Shown here one piece after another: positions 1 through 11,509 of a stretch of 64,000 nucleotides of DNA; positions within the stretch are counted from its first letter, which is position 1; each line of letters starts with the position of its first letter. The DNA comes from Malacoraja senta (taxonomy: Eukaryota), in contig CM075997.1 in NCBI GenBank assembly GCA_038087875.1, positions 868,001 to 932,000 of the forward strand. The letters run 5' to 3'. A model generated the notes under the pieces. The model was not told where the DNA came from, did not search any database, and saw only the letters and a list, made by a program, of their open reading frames with translations. The translations under genes were made by a program, and so were the position numbers.

Positions 1-514
1 AGCATCTGCAGTTCCTTCTTGAACGCCTTTTTAAAAGCCTCTTAAACGCCACTATCGGATCTATCTCCACCAACATCGGTCCCCACCACCCTCTGATATA
101 AAATAAAAACAACTTGCCCCCGCACTTCTCCTTTAAAATTTGCTCCTCTCTTCTTAAAGCTTTGCCCTCTCGTCTTTGTCATTTCCACCCTGGGGAAAAG
201 GTACTGATTGTCTTCTCGGTCTACTACACCTCTCATAAATTTACTAAACTCCGATCAGGTCCCCACTCGGCCTCCAGGAGAAAACAATGCAAGCCTCTCC
301 TTGAAGCTAATATCCTCTAATCCAAGCAGCGTGTATGAGGAAGGGTCTCGACCCGAAACGTCACTTATTCCTTTTCTCCAGAGTTGCTTCCTGACTGAAC
401 TACCAATACCACTGCCGACCTTCCCCACTTCCCCACCCGGCTCCATCCCAATTACACTCCCGTCTCCCTGGCCCCACATTAGGTAACTGTCTGGTTCCAG
501 ATATCTCACAGCAG

Positions 515-645
515 TGTTAAAGAAGGAACTGCAGATGCTGGAAAATCGAAGGTACACAAAAATGCTGGAGAAACTCAGCGGGTGCAGCAGCATCTATGGA
601 GCGAAGGATATAGGCAATGTTTCGGGCCGAAACCCTTCTTCAGAC
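515..645 (-). mobile_element. Penelope-derived short element, single arm
   Basis: TGTTAAAGAAGGAACTGCAGATGCTGG...CGAAACCCTTCTTCAGAC; 13-bp TSD TATCTCACAGCAG at 502-514 and 646-658. Confidence 0.85.
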
Positions 646-1321
646 TATCTCACAGCAGCCCTGAACTACTATCTACCTCATTGGTGACCCTCGGACTATC
701 CTTGATGGGACTTTGCTGGCTTTACCTTACTCTAAACGGCATTCCCTTACCATGTATATCCTCTCTGGTTACCCACAATGTCCTCGGATATATTTCATCA
801 GGCCCAGGAGATTTGTCTATTTTCATACACGATAGTATCTTCGGCACCTCTTCGACCGTGACACCCATCATGTATTGTCTTTCCGCTGACTGGATAGCAT
901 GCGACACAAGCTTTTCACTGTACCTCGGTACAGGTGACAATAAACTCAACTCCAACTGTAGCAATGCCACTCTGCCCCCCGGTACATTAACCCAGCAGTA
1001 ACAATCCTCTCACACAGGAAAGTGTGAGATATCTACCTCGTCATTTCCCCCCCACAAACCTCGGTAGGAAGCAACACTCCCAACGCTCTGCATGACTGGT
1101 CCTTAATGTGGAGATACTGGATGTTCCTGTCTAGGGGCGGTACAGTGGTGCTGCCTCACAGCACCAGAGAGACCAGCTTTGATCCTGACCTCGGGTGCTG
1201 CCAACAGTGATATTGGGGGATGTTCTCACGTTCCGACGTCGGAAGGCCCAAAGTTCATCATCCCCGGCGAGAGGGCCCTGAACATCGGACCGCCCGTAGC
1301 GGTGACTGCGGGGGGCTTCGG

Positions 1322-1521
1322 NNNNNNNNNNNNNNNNNNNNNNNNNNNNNNNNNNNNNNNNNNNNNNNNNNNNNNNNNNNNNNNNNNNNNNNNNNNNNNN
1401 NNNNNNNNNNNNNNNNNNNNNNNNNNNNNNNNNNNNNNNNNNNNNNNNNNNNNNNNNNNNNNNNNNNNNNNNNNNNNNNNNNNNNNNNNNNNNNNNNNNN
1501 NNNNNNNNNNNNNNNNNNNNN
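1322..1521. other. Assembly gap (200 N)
   Basis: Run of exactly 200 N. Confidence 1.
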
Positions 1522-1854
1522 ACCTGCACCTATTGTCTATCGTCTACACGACAACATATACATTTTCCTCAAACCATTCTTGTATTGAGAACTCCCTTTT
1601 GGTGTTGCACATCCCCTCTAACGCATTACTGTCAAACATCCCACTTGTAATGAAGCATTTAATTTATGGTGATATATTTGAGATCCACGAACAGGTTATA
1701 TATATTCTTACAACTGAATTTCTTTCCCAAAAGTCTCTGTCACAAGAATTATCCAGAATTATTGCATGAAAATCACAACACAAAAACTGTGTTAAAAATG
1801 TTCTCAAACTAAACCACCGTGCAATGTTAATTCATTAAAACGATTGTCCCGCAC

Positions 1855-1985
1855 CTCACTGGTCCTGAAGATGATTCGGTAGACGTACTGAGGTGCTTGC
1901 TCTTTGCTGTCCTCCAGTTTCTCCCTCTTGATGCTGACAGCCACCGGGCCCAGCTTTTCATCCACTCCAAAGTAATTCCAGTGCT
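1855..1985 (-). CDS. SIPA1L3: Second coding exon of SIPA1L3 (131 bp)
   Basis: Acceptor TATTCACAG|AG completes the split GAG (E) codon. It encodes [43 protein letters not shown], then donor GAG|GTGCGG. The phase matches the upstream exon. Confidence 0.95.
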
Positions 1986-2318
1986 CTGTGAATACACGGT
2001 GAAACAAGAAGTAAATCCATGAAAGGAAAGGGCCGATTCAGAAACGTAACGGTCCGAATGGTTCTTTATTGTCACGGATGCATCGCACAGTCTTGCACCC
2101 GTCGCCATATTTTGGCACCATTTACTAAGGAAAAAGAAAATGGTCCAAAGTCCCGGTCCACATGCTGGATGTACTGGTGCACCACTGATCTGGGCAAACC
2201 CCAGGCTGCTGCAGGGCCTCCTCCGTCTCCCTCGACCAGCTCGACCTGCCAAACGACGTTACTCTCTTAATCCGTACTAATCAAGAATCTAACTATCTCT
2301 GCCTTAAATATATCATTG

Positions 2319-2538
2319 TGTTTAAGAAGGAACTGCAGATGCTGGAAAATCGAAGGTACACAAAAATGCTGGAGAAACTCAGCGGGTGCAGCAGCATCTA
2401 TGGAGCGAAGGAAATAGGCAACATTTCGGGCCGAAACCCTTCTTGAGAAGAAGTGTTTCGGCCCGAAGCGTTGCCTATTTCCTTCGCTCCATAGATGCTG
2501 CTGCACCCGCTTGAGTTTCTCCAGCATTTTTGTGTACA
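2319..2538. mobile_element. Penelope-derived fold-back (inverted-arm) element inserted in a CR1 fragment
   Basis: Two inverted arms; 15-bp TSD TTAAATATATCATTG at 2304-2318 and 2539-2553. Confidence 0.88.
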
Positions 2539-2794
2539 TTAAATATATCATTGACTTGGCTTCCACAGCCGTCTATGGCAATTAATTCCACAGATTCACC
2601 ACCCTTTGGCTGAAGAAATTCCTCCTCATCTCCTTCCTAAAGGTACGTCCTTTAATTCTGAGGCTGTGACCTCTGGTCCTAAACTCTCCCACCAGTGGAA
2701 ACATCCTCTCTGCATCTACTCTATCCAGGCTGAAATTTATTAAAAATTGGTTAGGCTACATTTGGATATTGTATGCATCTCTAAACTAAACTAA

Positions 2795-3390
2795 AGGTAG
2801 ACAAAAGTGCTGGAGAAACTCAGCGGGTGCAGCAGCATCTATGGAGCGAAGGAAATAGGCAACGTTTCGGCCCGACTTTCATATGAAGAAAGACTGGATA
2901 GACTTGGTTTATACTCGCTAGAATTTAGGAGATTGAGAGGGGATCTTATAGAAACGTACAAAATTCTTATGGGTTGGACAGGCTAGATGCAGGAAGATTG
3001 TTCCCGATGTTGGGGAAGTCCAGGACAAGGGGTCACAGCTTAAGGATAAGGGGGAAATCCTTTAGGACCGAGATGAGGAAAAACTTTTTCACACAGAGAG
3101 TGGTGAATCTCTGGAACTCTCTGCCACAGAGGGTAGTTGAGGCCAGTTCATTGGCTATATTTAAGAGGGAGTTAGATGTGGCCCCCTGTGGCTAAGGGGA
3201 TCAGGGGGTATGGAGAGAAGGCAGGTACGGGATACTGAGTTGGATGATCAACATGATCATATTGAATGGCGGTGCAGGCTCGAAGGGCCGAATGGCCTAC
3301 TCCTGCACCTGTTTTCTATGTATCTATGTATCTATGTTTCTCCAGCACTTTTGTCTACCTTCGATTTTCCAGCATCTGCAGTTCCTTCTT
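2795..3390. mobile_element. Penelope-derived fold-back element with a CR1 3' fragment replacing its centre
   Basis: Left arm 2795-2873, right arm ~3338-3390; sits in a (TAAAC)n SINE tail. Confidence 0.75.
2874..3337 (+). mobile_element. CR1-clade LINE 3' fragment
   Basis: YEERLDRLGLYSLEFRRLRGDLIETYKI...TRGHSLRI...FFTQRVVNLWNSLP; CTATGT-type tail. Confidence 0.9.
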
Positions 3391-3477
3391 AAACTAAACT
3401 AAACTAAGGCAACAAATGTACAGTTAAAGATAGTGCGGAAGGATATTTTTTTTGTCCTCCTATCCTCAAGGTCATAC

Positions 3478-4960
3478 CTTTCCCATGGAAATGATCTTGG
3501 TAATATCTGGCCCCACGGTCCACATGCTCGATGCTGAAGTGCTTCAGTCGTTCCTGTTGCAGCTGCAACTCCTTTGGCACCTCAAGCACAGAAATGCTGG
3601 CGTTTGTGCAGTATGGGTTCCAGACCAACTTTGGGAAAGCTCCTTCACAGTCACCGCTCTGCCCAGCGTTGATGCTGGCCTTGGACAGGCTGATATCCCG
3701 CTCGCTGCTCCCGCCCGTTTCATTGCGGAAGTGCGGGCAGTTGAGGAGCAGGTCGTTGCAGTTGCTGTCTCCCAGGTCAAGCTCCAGGTTCTCTTTGCCA
3801 TTCACCTCCTCGGTGCTGGGAAAGCGAGAATCCAGGTTTCCCAGAGCGAGAGAGCGCGACACAGCGAGCGAGGTGGCGGAGGCGGCAGAGGCCCCCGGTG
3901 GTGGTGTTCCTCCGGTGGGCCACATAGTTCCTGTTGCTCACCACTTCGTTGAGGTCAAACAGGATGCTCTGCACGTCAAAGTGACCAAAGCCCTTCTGGC
4001 AAACCCAGGGCTTGGTGCTGTCCTGCGATCGGCCGTCTTCGTGATCCGAGCTCGACCTCCCCGAGTCCTGCTCGCTCTTGCTGCTGCGAAGCTTCTTCAA
4101 GATGGACTCGCCGCTCTCGTGCCGCGACTGCTTCTTGCGCGCTTTCTCCCGTTCTTTCTGCGCGCTCTTTGGTTCCTCCCTTTGAGACGACTCGCTTCGG
4201 CTGTCGTCGGCCCTGGCGCTCCCCTCAAGGCTGAGGCTGGAGGCCATGCTGGGGTCTGCCCGGAGCAGCTTCTTCAGCCCGTCTGGCACAGAGCTCCGCT
4301 GGTCAATCTTCTCATTTTTGAACTCTTTCAGCATGTCGAAAAAGCTCTCGGTCGCCATTCCGTGAACATCTATGGACGAGGTGCTGCCGTATTCTCTCAA
4401 GGGGAGCATTCCACTCCCGTGTTTGGGGCCTTTGAGATCCAGGGCCCCATCCCCATCATATTCATTGAGTGTAACCTCACTGTTACTTCGTGCTCTCAGT
4501 GGAACAAACACTTTGCCCGGAGCCCGAGGCCACTCGTTCTGGAACTCCACTTCCCTTGCTTTGCCTTGAGGTCTGTGTGAGGGGCCTCGGGTCCAGGGGG
4601 GTTGGGAAGCATTTTGATAGTTCGGATAAGACTGCCCATTCTGAAACCCTCGGGTCGAGATGAGCTCAATATCCACCATGGAACCGTCGGAGTCCCTTGC
4701 CGGACTGAGGGCAGGATATTGCGTTAGATCCCGCTTTGGGGGCCAGTCGGCAATTCGAGCGCGGACGCCCATCTTCGCATGGCGGGGGTGGAACTTGCGC
4801 GGGGTGCAATTTCTCCATGGTTGCAAACGTTCCCATTCTGGACCACGAACGGAGATGCATGGTAATCGCATGTGCTCGTAACTGCGAGAATGTCCACTCC
4901 ACTTATAACTAATCCGCCAACCTCCACCTTTTCATTTTGAACAGGTCTATAGCTTGTCAT
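3478..4960 (-). CDS. SIPA1L3: First coding exon of signal-induced proliferation-associated 1-like 3 (SPAR3, Rap GAP); read across two 1-nt frameshifts (~4777 and ~3892-3896)
   Basis: Three ORF segments join into the SIPA1L3 N-terminus: MTSYRPV...TPAM / (P)KMGVRARIADWPPK...LREYGSTSSIDV...PWVCQKGFGHFDVQSILFDLNE...RRNTTTG / ASAASA...LLLNCPHFRNETGG...TNASISVLEVPKE...SIEHVDRGARYYQDHFHGK. It ends at a phase-1 donor AAAG|GTATGA (exon last base 3478). The MT(S/T)YR start and the next exon fit SIPA1L3 better than SIPA1L1/2, from recall of the human proteins. Confidence 0.93.
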
Positions 4961-5303
4961 AGTCCATTAACATGCAGTCTCGCAGGGAGCAACAGAAAAG
5001 TGTCGCTCATCTCCCTTGATTGCTGGAAGCTGCAGGGTCAAGCTGAAAACAGAAGTGGTTCTAATAAGCCCAAACGCAATTAAAGAGCAGCTGTACAACG
5101 TCTCTGCATCGTTTTATAATTCTTTGACATCCACATGCCGAATATTTCCTTGCGACAGAAAGAAATTGAATCGAGAAGACCAAAGATACAAAATCTGCGA
5201 CTGGGTAAAACTCGGCTAAGTCCAGATATCCTCCACGCGCGGTTCAACAGATCCACAACGGCATTTCATTTCATCCTTTAACCAGATGGAGATCGTGATC
5301 GTC
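4961..5303 (-). other. SIPA1L3: Probable 5'-UTR portion of the first coding exon of SIPA1L3
   Basis: Strong candidate acceptor TTTGTTATTCTGTCTCATTTTAG|G (exon start 5303). A second candidate, CCACTTCTGTTTTCAG|C, would start at 5042. The sequence is repeat-free. Confidence 0.5.
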
Positions 5304-6369
5304 CTAAAATGAGACAGAATAACAAATGACCACTCGGGTATTGAAGTCAGTGAAATCCTGAATTAAACATTCTGGATGCATTGCAACATTCATTAGCAAT
5401 TAGAAGTAACAAGGAAAATGGAGGAGAACATTTATCATCTCGAGAGCATGAAACCTGTCAGATAAATTCCCAGCGTGAGCACCGCAATGGACAACCTAGT
5501 TGTGCCTGATAACTAAATGCGCTTCTGACAAGAGAAACAACATCTGTAAGTGGATTTGAGCTTGAAGGGAAAAAATGAGATTTAAGTCTAATTACCCAGC
5601 CTGTTCCAAATTTTCCATTTGATTGTTATTGACGTCAGAGAACAAATTAATGACTGCAAGAATCTTTTAAAAACTTAAGAACATTATTTATATTAACCAG
5701 AATGACCATGTATAATCCTAGGCAGTATCATAAATGATTACAAACTTGAGTGATCCATGGATGGGATTTACAATAACCAGCCGTGCAGCCACATTACCAG
5801 GGTGATTCACTGCACCGGTGAAGATGGTCTAAATCAAGATATTGACTTTGTAAATAGACACCAGCAGACATTAATTGGCCTTCATGTGGCACAATTTAGA
5901 GAACCCATTTCAAATCAGCCATCACACAAAAATTGCTGCATCTCTGGTTTTCACAGAAAAGAATGCATTCACACACAGCCCAGAGCTGCCCAGCTCAATA
6001 ACAGACTGAACAACTCCCATCTCCATGCTGGCCTTGCAGCACAGAAAATAACCTTCATGTAGAAAATGTTTTTTCAAAGGTGAGCTGGAAGACTTGCTGA
6101 GTTTTCATAGGACGGAGAGTTTTACTAGACGGTCAGACTTCATGTAATCCTTCTCATTTCACAGAATCACAATGAACTTGGAGCTTAGAAACAGGGGCAA
6201 CAGCCGAACAGATCACTCTGCTGTTTGTTCTCTGCATAATCCAGCACTGGACAGGACAAGCAAACTAACGTCCCCGAAAATCATCCCAGGAGTCAAAGCA
6301 CCTTTGACAGCAGCCTCGTTTACACGGACAGTCTGCAGCTTCAACTAATGGCTGACAACAACAATACAT

Positions 6370-6596
6370 CTCTCCTTCCCCTTCTGCCCTTCTCACTTCC
6401 TCTCCCTCTTTCTTTCTCTTTCTTCCCCCCCTTTCTTTCACTCCCTCTCACTTTCTTCCCCCCTCCTCTCTCTTTCTTCCCCCCTCCTCTCTCTTTCTTC
6501 CTGCCCTCTTTCATTCTCTTTCCACCACCCCTCCCTTTCTTTGTCTCTTTCACCCTTCCTCTCTTTTTCTTTCTTCTCTCCCCCCCCCCCCTTCCT
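6370..6596. repeat. Polypyrimidine/polypurine low-complexity tract
   Basis: ~225 bp of almost exclusively C/T on the + strand, with repeated CTTCCCCCCTCCTCTCTCTTT units. Confidence 0.95.
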
Positions 6597-8103
6597 CGAT
6601 CCAACCTCTGTGGAAATTACACAACCACCAAAACTGAGGCTTGGTTCATTCCCAAGTTGCTCCACCTGGGAATACCAAAGTGAAACTCTACAATAGGTTT
6701 TCATCTCACAAGAGCAAGTTTCTTCTTGACAAGGATGTGAGCCGCCCAGCAACGTGTTCAGCTTGTTGTTTGGGAATCGGTTTCAGTAATCCTGCTTTCC
6801 CACAACTGTTGAGCAGAGTTGGTGCTGACAGATTGCTGGCGATCGGGGAGGGGGGGGGGGGAGGAGTGTCTAGCTGTCTTTCTGGGGCAGGCCAGTGCAG
6901 ACCTGCTCCTGGCGTTGGACAATGTGACTCAGTGGACTCGGCTGGTTCAGGTTCCACACGGAGCAGACAGCGAGTCGTGCCAACACACAGCTCTGTACCA
7001 AGAATAAACGGCATGGCCTTTGTCTTGGTGCTGCAACATAATTCACCGAGATGACAGCTTCACAACTTTCCAAAAGCAGAAAAGGCAGAGTAGATTTTAG
7101 TTGACATTCACTGTGTTCGGCCTTGTGTTGATACCTCACACTCAAGATTCAAAAGAGAGTCAGGAGTGTTTCATTGTTGTATCTACCAAAACAGAACACG
7201 GAAATTCAACGAAAAACTGTTTCCCTCTCCCCTGACTCTCAGTCGGAAGAAGGGTCTCGACCCGAAACATCACCCTTTCCTTTTCTTCAGAGATACTGCC
7301 TGACCCACTGAGTTACTCCAGCATTTTGTGTCCATCTTCAGTGTAAAGCAGCATCTGCAGTTCCTTCCTACACGATGAAATTCTTACTTGCAGCAGTGCA
7401 ACAGGTTGGTAAATACAGTAACCAAGAGATTAAAAAAGTGTAGGAAAGAACTGCAGATGCTGGTTTACAACCAAGATAGACACAAAATAAGGTCTTCACA
7501 CCTTACCCTTCCATATCTCTGTGTCTCCCTCTCCCTGACTCTCAGTCTGAAGAAGGGTCTCGACCCAAAACGTCACCCATTCCTTCTATCCAGAGGTGCT
7601 GCCTGTCTATAATTTTAGAAAGGTTCAATAAATAAAAAGCAATCAATATAATGCAGAACAAAACAAAATGTGAGGAGGTTCACAGGCTCTGCCCACCAAC
7701 TATTACCTTGCCCCCTTCCACCCCACCCTGAATGCCCACTCAACCAGCTATCTGACATGTGGCACCAGCAGTCATGGTTTGCTGCCCATTTATTTAGTGA
7801 GGTCATCCCAGTGCATACAGAGTGCACGCTCCAGTGGCTCACCGGCAAACAATGAGAAGCAGAATCCTGTTGAAATTCCCACCACACAGTGCAGGCTCAC
7901 TCACACCGACAACCTCTGGATTTATTTTTGCAACTAGGCTGCCAGGCAGGACTTTGTAGTAAAAAAATGTGAAAGCTTCCAGGATGGGAAAATCAAATAC
8001 TTGAGGGCGAGGCTCTAAGGCGAGAGGAGCAACGTTTATAAGGGGTAGGAAGGAACTGCAGATGCTGGTTTACACCAAAGATAGACACAAAAAGTTGGAG
8101 TTA

Positions 8104-8464
8104 AGCCCTTGTCCCACGATGCGAGTTCACCCAAGAGCTCTCCCGAGTAAAAAAAAAATAATCAAACTCGTAAGTACGTAGAATGTACGTAGCGGGTACG
8201 TAGGAGCTCGTGGATGTCTCGTAGCGGCTTGTAATGCGAACGGCAGGTACTCGGGAAAGGTGGTAAAAACGGCAGATACTCGGGAAACTCTTGGACATTT
8301 TTCACAGTGTTGAAAAAACTTCACGAGTTAACGCGTTTCTGCATTACGAGCCGCTACGGGACATCCACGAGGTCCTACGTACCCGCTACGTACTTACCAC
8401 GAGCTAGATTTTTTTTTTAAACTCGGGAGAGCTCTTGGGTGAACTCGCATCGTGGGACAGGGCT
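8104..8464. mobile_element. PIF/Harbinger-type MITE (family A)
   Basis: ~45-bp TIRs AGCCCT(T)GTCCCACGATGCGAGTTCACCCAAGAGCTCTCCCGAGT; flanked by TTA/TAA; no coding capacity. Confidence 0.85.
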
Positions 8465-10233
8465 TAACTCAGCGGGACAGGCAGTATCTGGAGAGAAGGA
8501 ATGGGTGACGTTTCGGGTCGAGACCCGAGAAGGAATAGGTGATGTTTCGGATCGAGAACCCTTTTCCGGACTGAGAGTCATGGGAGAGGAAAACGAAATG
8601 GAAGGAAGGAAGGGCAAGGTGTGAAAACAAGAGATCAAAGGGGACATCAAACAAAGAAACTGTAGAATAGATAGAGGAAGCTGACAACGACGTATACAAT
8701 GTAAAATTGAACCGGGAGGACAGTCAGACTGGTCAGTGAACCAGGGTGGGGAAGGGACAGAGAGAGAGGTAAAGCAAGGGTTACTTGAAGTTCGAGAAGT
8801 TAATATTCATATCGCTGGGTTGTAAGCTGCCCAAGTGTAATATGCTGTTCTTTTAAAACGTTTAAAAGGAGATGTGTAGTGCAAAAGCTCTTTTCTTTTT
8901 AAACAGAGGGCGATGAGTGCCTGAGAAGTGCTGCTGGGATTGGTGGTTGAGGCAGATACAGCAGTGGTATTGAAGAGATTTGTCGCTGGGCACATGGATA
9001 TACATAGAAAATACATAGAAAATAGGTGCAGGAGTAGGCCATTCGGCCCTTTGAGCCTGCACCGGATATGCAGGGAATAGTGGGATATGGATTATACGCA
9101 GGCAGGTAAGAGTTGGTTGTGGCATCATTTTCGACACAGACATTGTGGGCCGAAGGGCCTGTTCTATATTTGCACTGTATGTTTGCTTGTTTTTACATAT
9201 TGAACTTTGTGTTGTTTAATATGGTGCCCATTCTGTACTATGTTTACATATCTATTGTGCTGCTGCTCGTAAAAACTTATTTGTTCCGTTTCGGGACATA
9301 TGACAATAAAACACTCTTGACTCCATGTTTAAGAGCAGAGGTTTAATTTTGAAATAACATTTACGACTGATTAAAAGACACAATCCACATTCACATACTG
9401 ATCTTCGACAAATTTTCATTTGTCGTCTTACAAGGCAAGCAGATACGAGAACCATTTCCACTGCTGCACTGAAGCAGTTTGATCAGCTCTCTTTTTATTG
9501 ACTAATACATCAACAAAGCTGCTCCACCTAGAGTTGGATGATCACCCACTTGGCTTTAGAGACCGCCATGCTGTTCTACATCCATTTCCCTGCCAAGTTC
9601 AACCACAATGCTGCCGTCATCATTTGAAACCAACATGAAACCAGCACGAGGCAATGTGCTGGACTTACTCAGCGAGCCAGGCAGCATCACTGGAGAACAT
9701 GGACAGGTGATGTTTGGGGTTGGAGCACTTCTTTAGGCTAATTTATGAAGAAGGGTCCCAATCCAAAACATTGCTTATCTGTGTTCTCCAGAGATGTTTC
9801 CTGACCCAGACTTAATCCAGCACTTTGGCTTCTTTTGTAAACAAGCGCCTGCAGTTCCTTGCATCTCCATAAGACCAACACATGTTGGAAACCCACAGGA
9901 TTCAGAAGGGGATTGCTGGCTCATCGAATCTCTGGATATCTTCTGCCTCTTTGCACTCGTTTCACCCCAGTTACAACTTCCAGCAGTGATTTGCTCTGTT
10001 AATTACAATTCCATGCTTTTTTCCTTTTAAGTTGCAATTCATTGCCAACAAAATCCACGAGACTCATTAACAGTAAAATCACTCCACTGTTGTAGTGGCA
10101 GCATCTGATTTATGCCTCGGGTGCTTGACAAGTGAACAATATGATCAATGCCACTTGATGACAAGGTTAAGCAACTAGACTTGCGCTCGGTCAGCCAAGG
10201 CCTGCTAGCTCTACCGGTTGCTAACAATACTAA

Positions 10234-10379
10234 AGGCCTGTCCCACACGCAATTTTTTCGGCGATTTGCCGGCACCCGTCATGGTCGCAGCAGGTCGCCG
10301 AAAATTTTCAAAACGTTGAAAATCCAGCTGGATTTAACATGTTGAAAAATTTCAGCGACCTGCTGCGACTATGACGGGT
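10234..10379. mobile_element. Truncated, internally folded-back Harbinger-type MITE
   Basis: TAA then AGGCCTGTCCCAC. ACCCGTCATGGTCGCAGCAGGTCGC...AATCCAG is mirrored by CTGGATT...GCGACCTGCTGCGACTATGACGGGT. The right TIR is missing. Confidence 0.7.
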
Positions 10380-11509
10380 AGGAAGCTTGAAATTCTCCAA
10401 TTTTAAGTAACGCCACAATCTTCCTCCTTGTCTCCTCTTCCCTGACTCACATCTGAAGAAGGGTCTTGACCCAAAGTGTCATCCATTCCTTCTCTCCAGA
10501 GATGCTGCCTGTCCACCCAGCATCTTGTGTCTATCTTTGGTAATAGAAAGCCTGCTCGGTTTGCGAGTCACTGTTTCAAGGAAGTGTGACCCAGGATGAT
10601 GGGCTGGTGGAGTGGGTGGGGAGGTTGGTTCTGGAACTGTGTACTGTTTCCCAGGGAGGTTTTGCTGCTCAATCCATGCAATTGGCCATCGCACCACATC
10701 CACAGAGCTGACCAGCAACTACTTTTGGCTGGAAGCTTGCACATGTCCTAAGAACTGCTTGATCAGAGTGCTTGATTATGCAGGCAGAGTGATGAATCAT
10801 GCCTGCCTGCAACTCTCCAGCTCACAAAGCTGGCACCAGAGCAAGAAGAAATCATAGCAAAATGTAGTGTAGGTAAGCTGTGTGGGAAGGAACTGCAGAT
10901 GCTGGTTTAAATCGTAGATAGATACAAAATGCTGGAGCAACTCAGCGGGACAGGCAGCATCTCTGGAGAGAAGGAATGGGTGACGTTTCGGGCTGAGACC
11001 TTTCTTCAGTCTGTAGGTAAACTGCCAGCTTGTTTAGTTTAGAGATACAGAATGGAAACTGGTACTTTGGCCCACTGAGTCGATGCCAGCCATGGATCAC
11101 ACCAGTTCTACGTTATCAGTTTGTTTTATCCACACACCCCATGTATTACTGGCAATTTACAGAGGGCCAAATTAACATACGAATCCGTAAGTCTTTTGGG
11201 ATGTGGGAGGAAACCGGAGCGCCCACATGGTCACGGGGAGAACATGCAAACTCCACACAGTAAGCACCCGAGGTCAGGATTGAACCTGGGTCTGTGGCGC
11301 TGGCAACTCCACCAGCTGCAGCACTGCACTGCCATTCAATCTAGATGATGTCAAATTATACAAAGGTAGATTACATTCTACACTTGCAACAAAAGGTTTG
11401 ATAAAGATAAACAGGATACAAGCAACTCTTATTTCTAGCATAGCGCACTCAGGAACAATACACTGCCACATACTGGGATAATGGGAAGAGGCAAATCAAT
11501 TAATATCTT

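Noticed and set aside
1131..1769. ORFs spanning the first gap
   Set aside because: They are open only because of the N run; the same applies to 45529-45805.
2319..2538. Fold-back repeat interpreted as a classical DNA-transposon MITE or a pre-miRNA
   Set aside because: It has variable 13-16 bp TSDs, one ragged end and continuity with a Penelope 3' end, and it is high-copy with no miRNA-specific evidence.
3531..4580. 349-aa plus-strand ORF
   Set aside because: It lies entirely antisense to the GC-rich SIPA1L3 exon and is a shadow ORF with no recognisable domain.
3777..4871. 364-aa ORF taken as a complete protein starting MRLPCIS
   Set aside because: Its first ~33 and last ~38 residues are off-frame; only the middle is SIPA1L3, bounded by the two frameshifts.
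6341..6752. Lys/Arg/Glu/Gly-rich or Phe/Pro/Leu-rich ORFs
   Set aside because: They are translations of the low-complexity CT tract.
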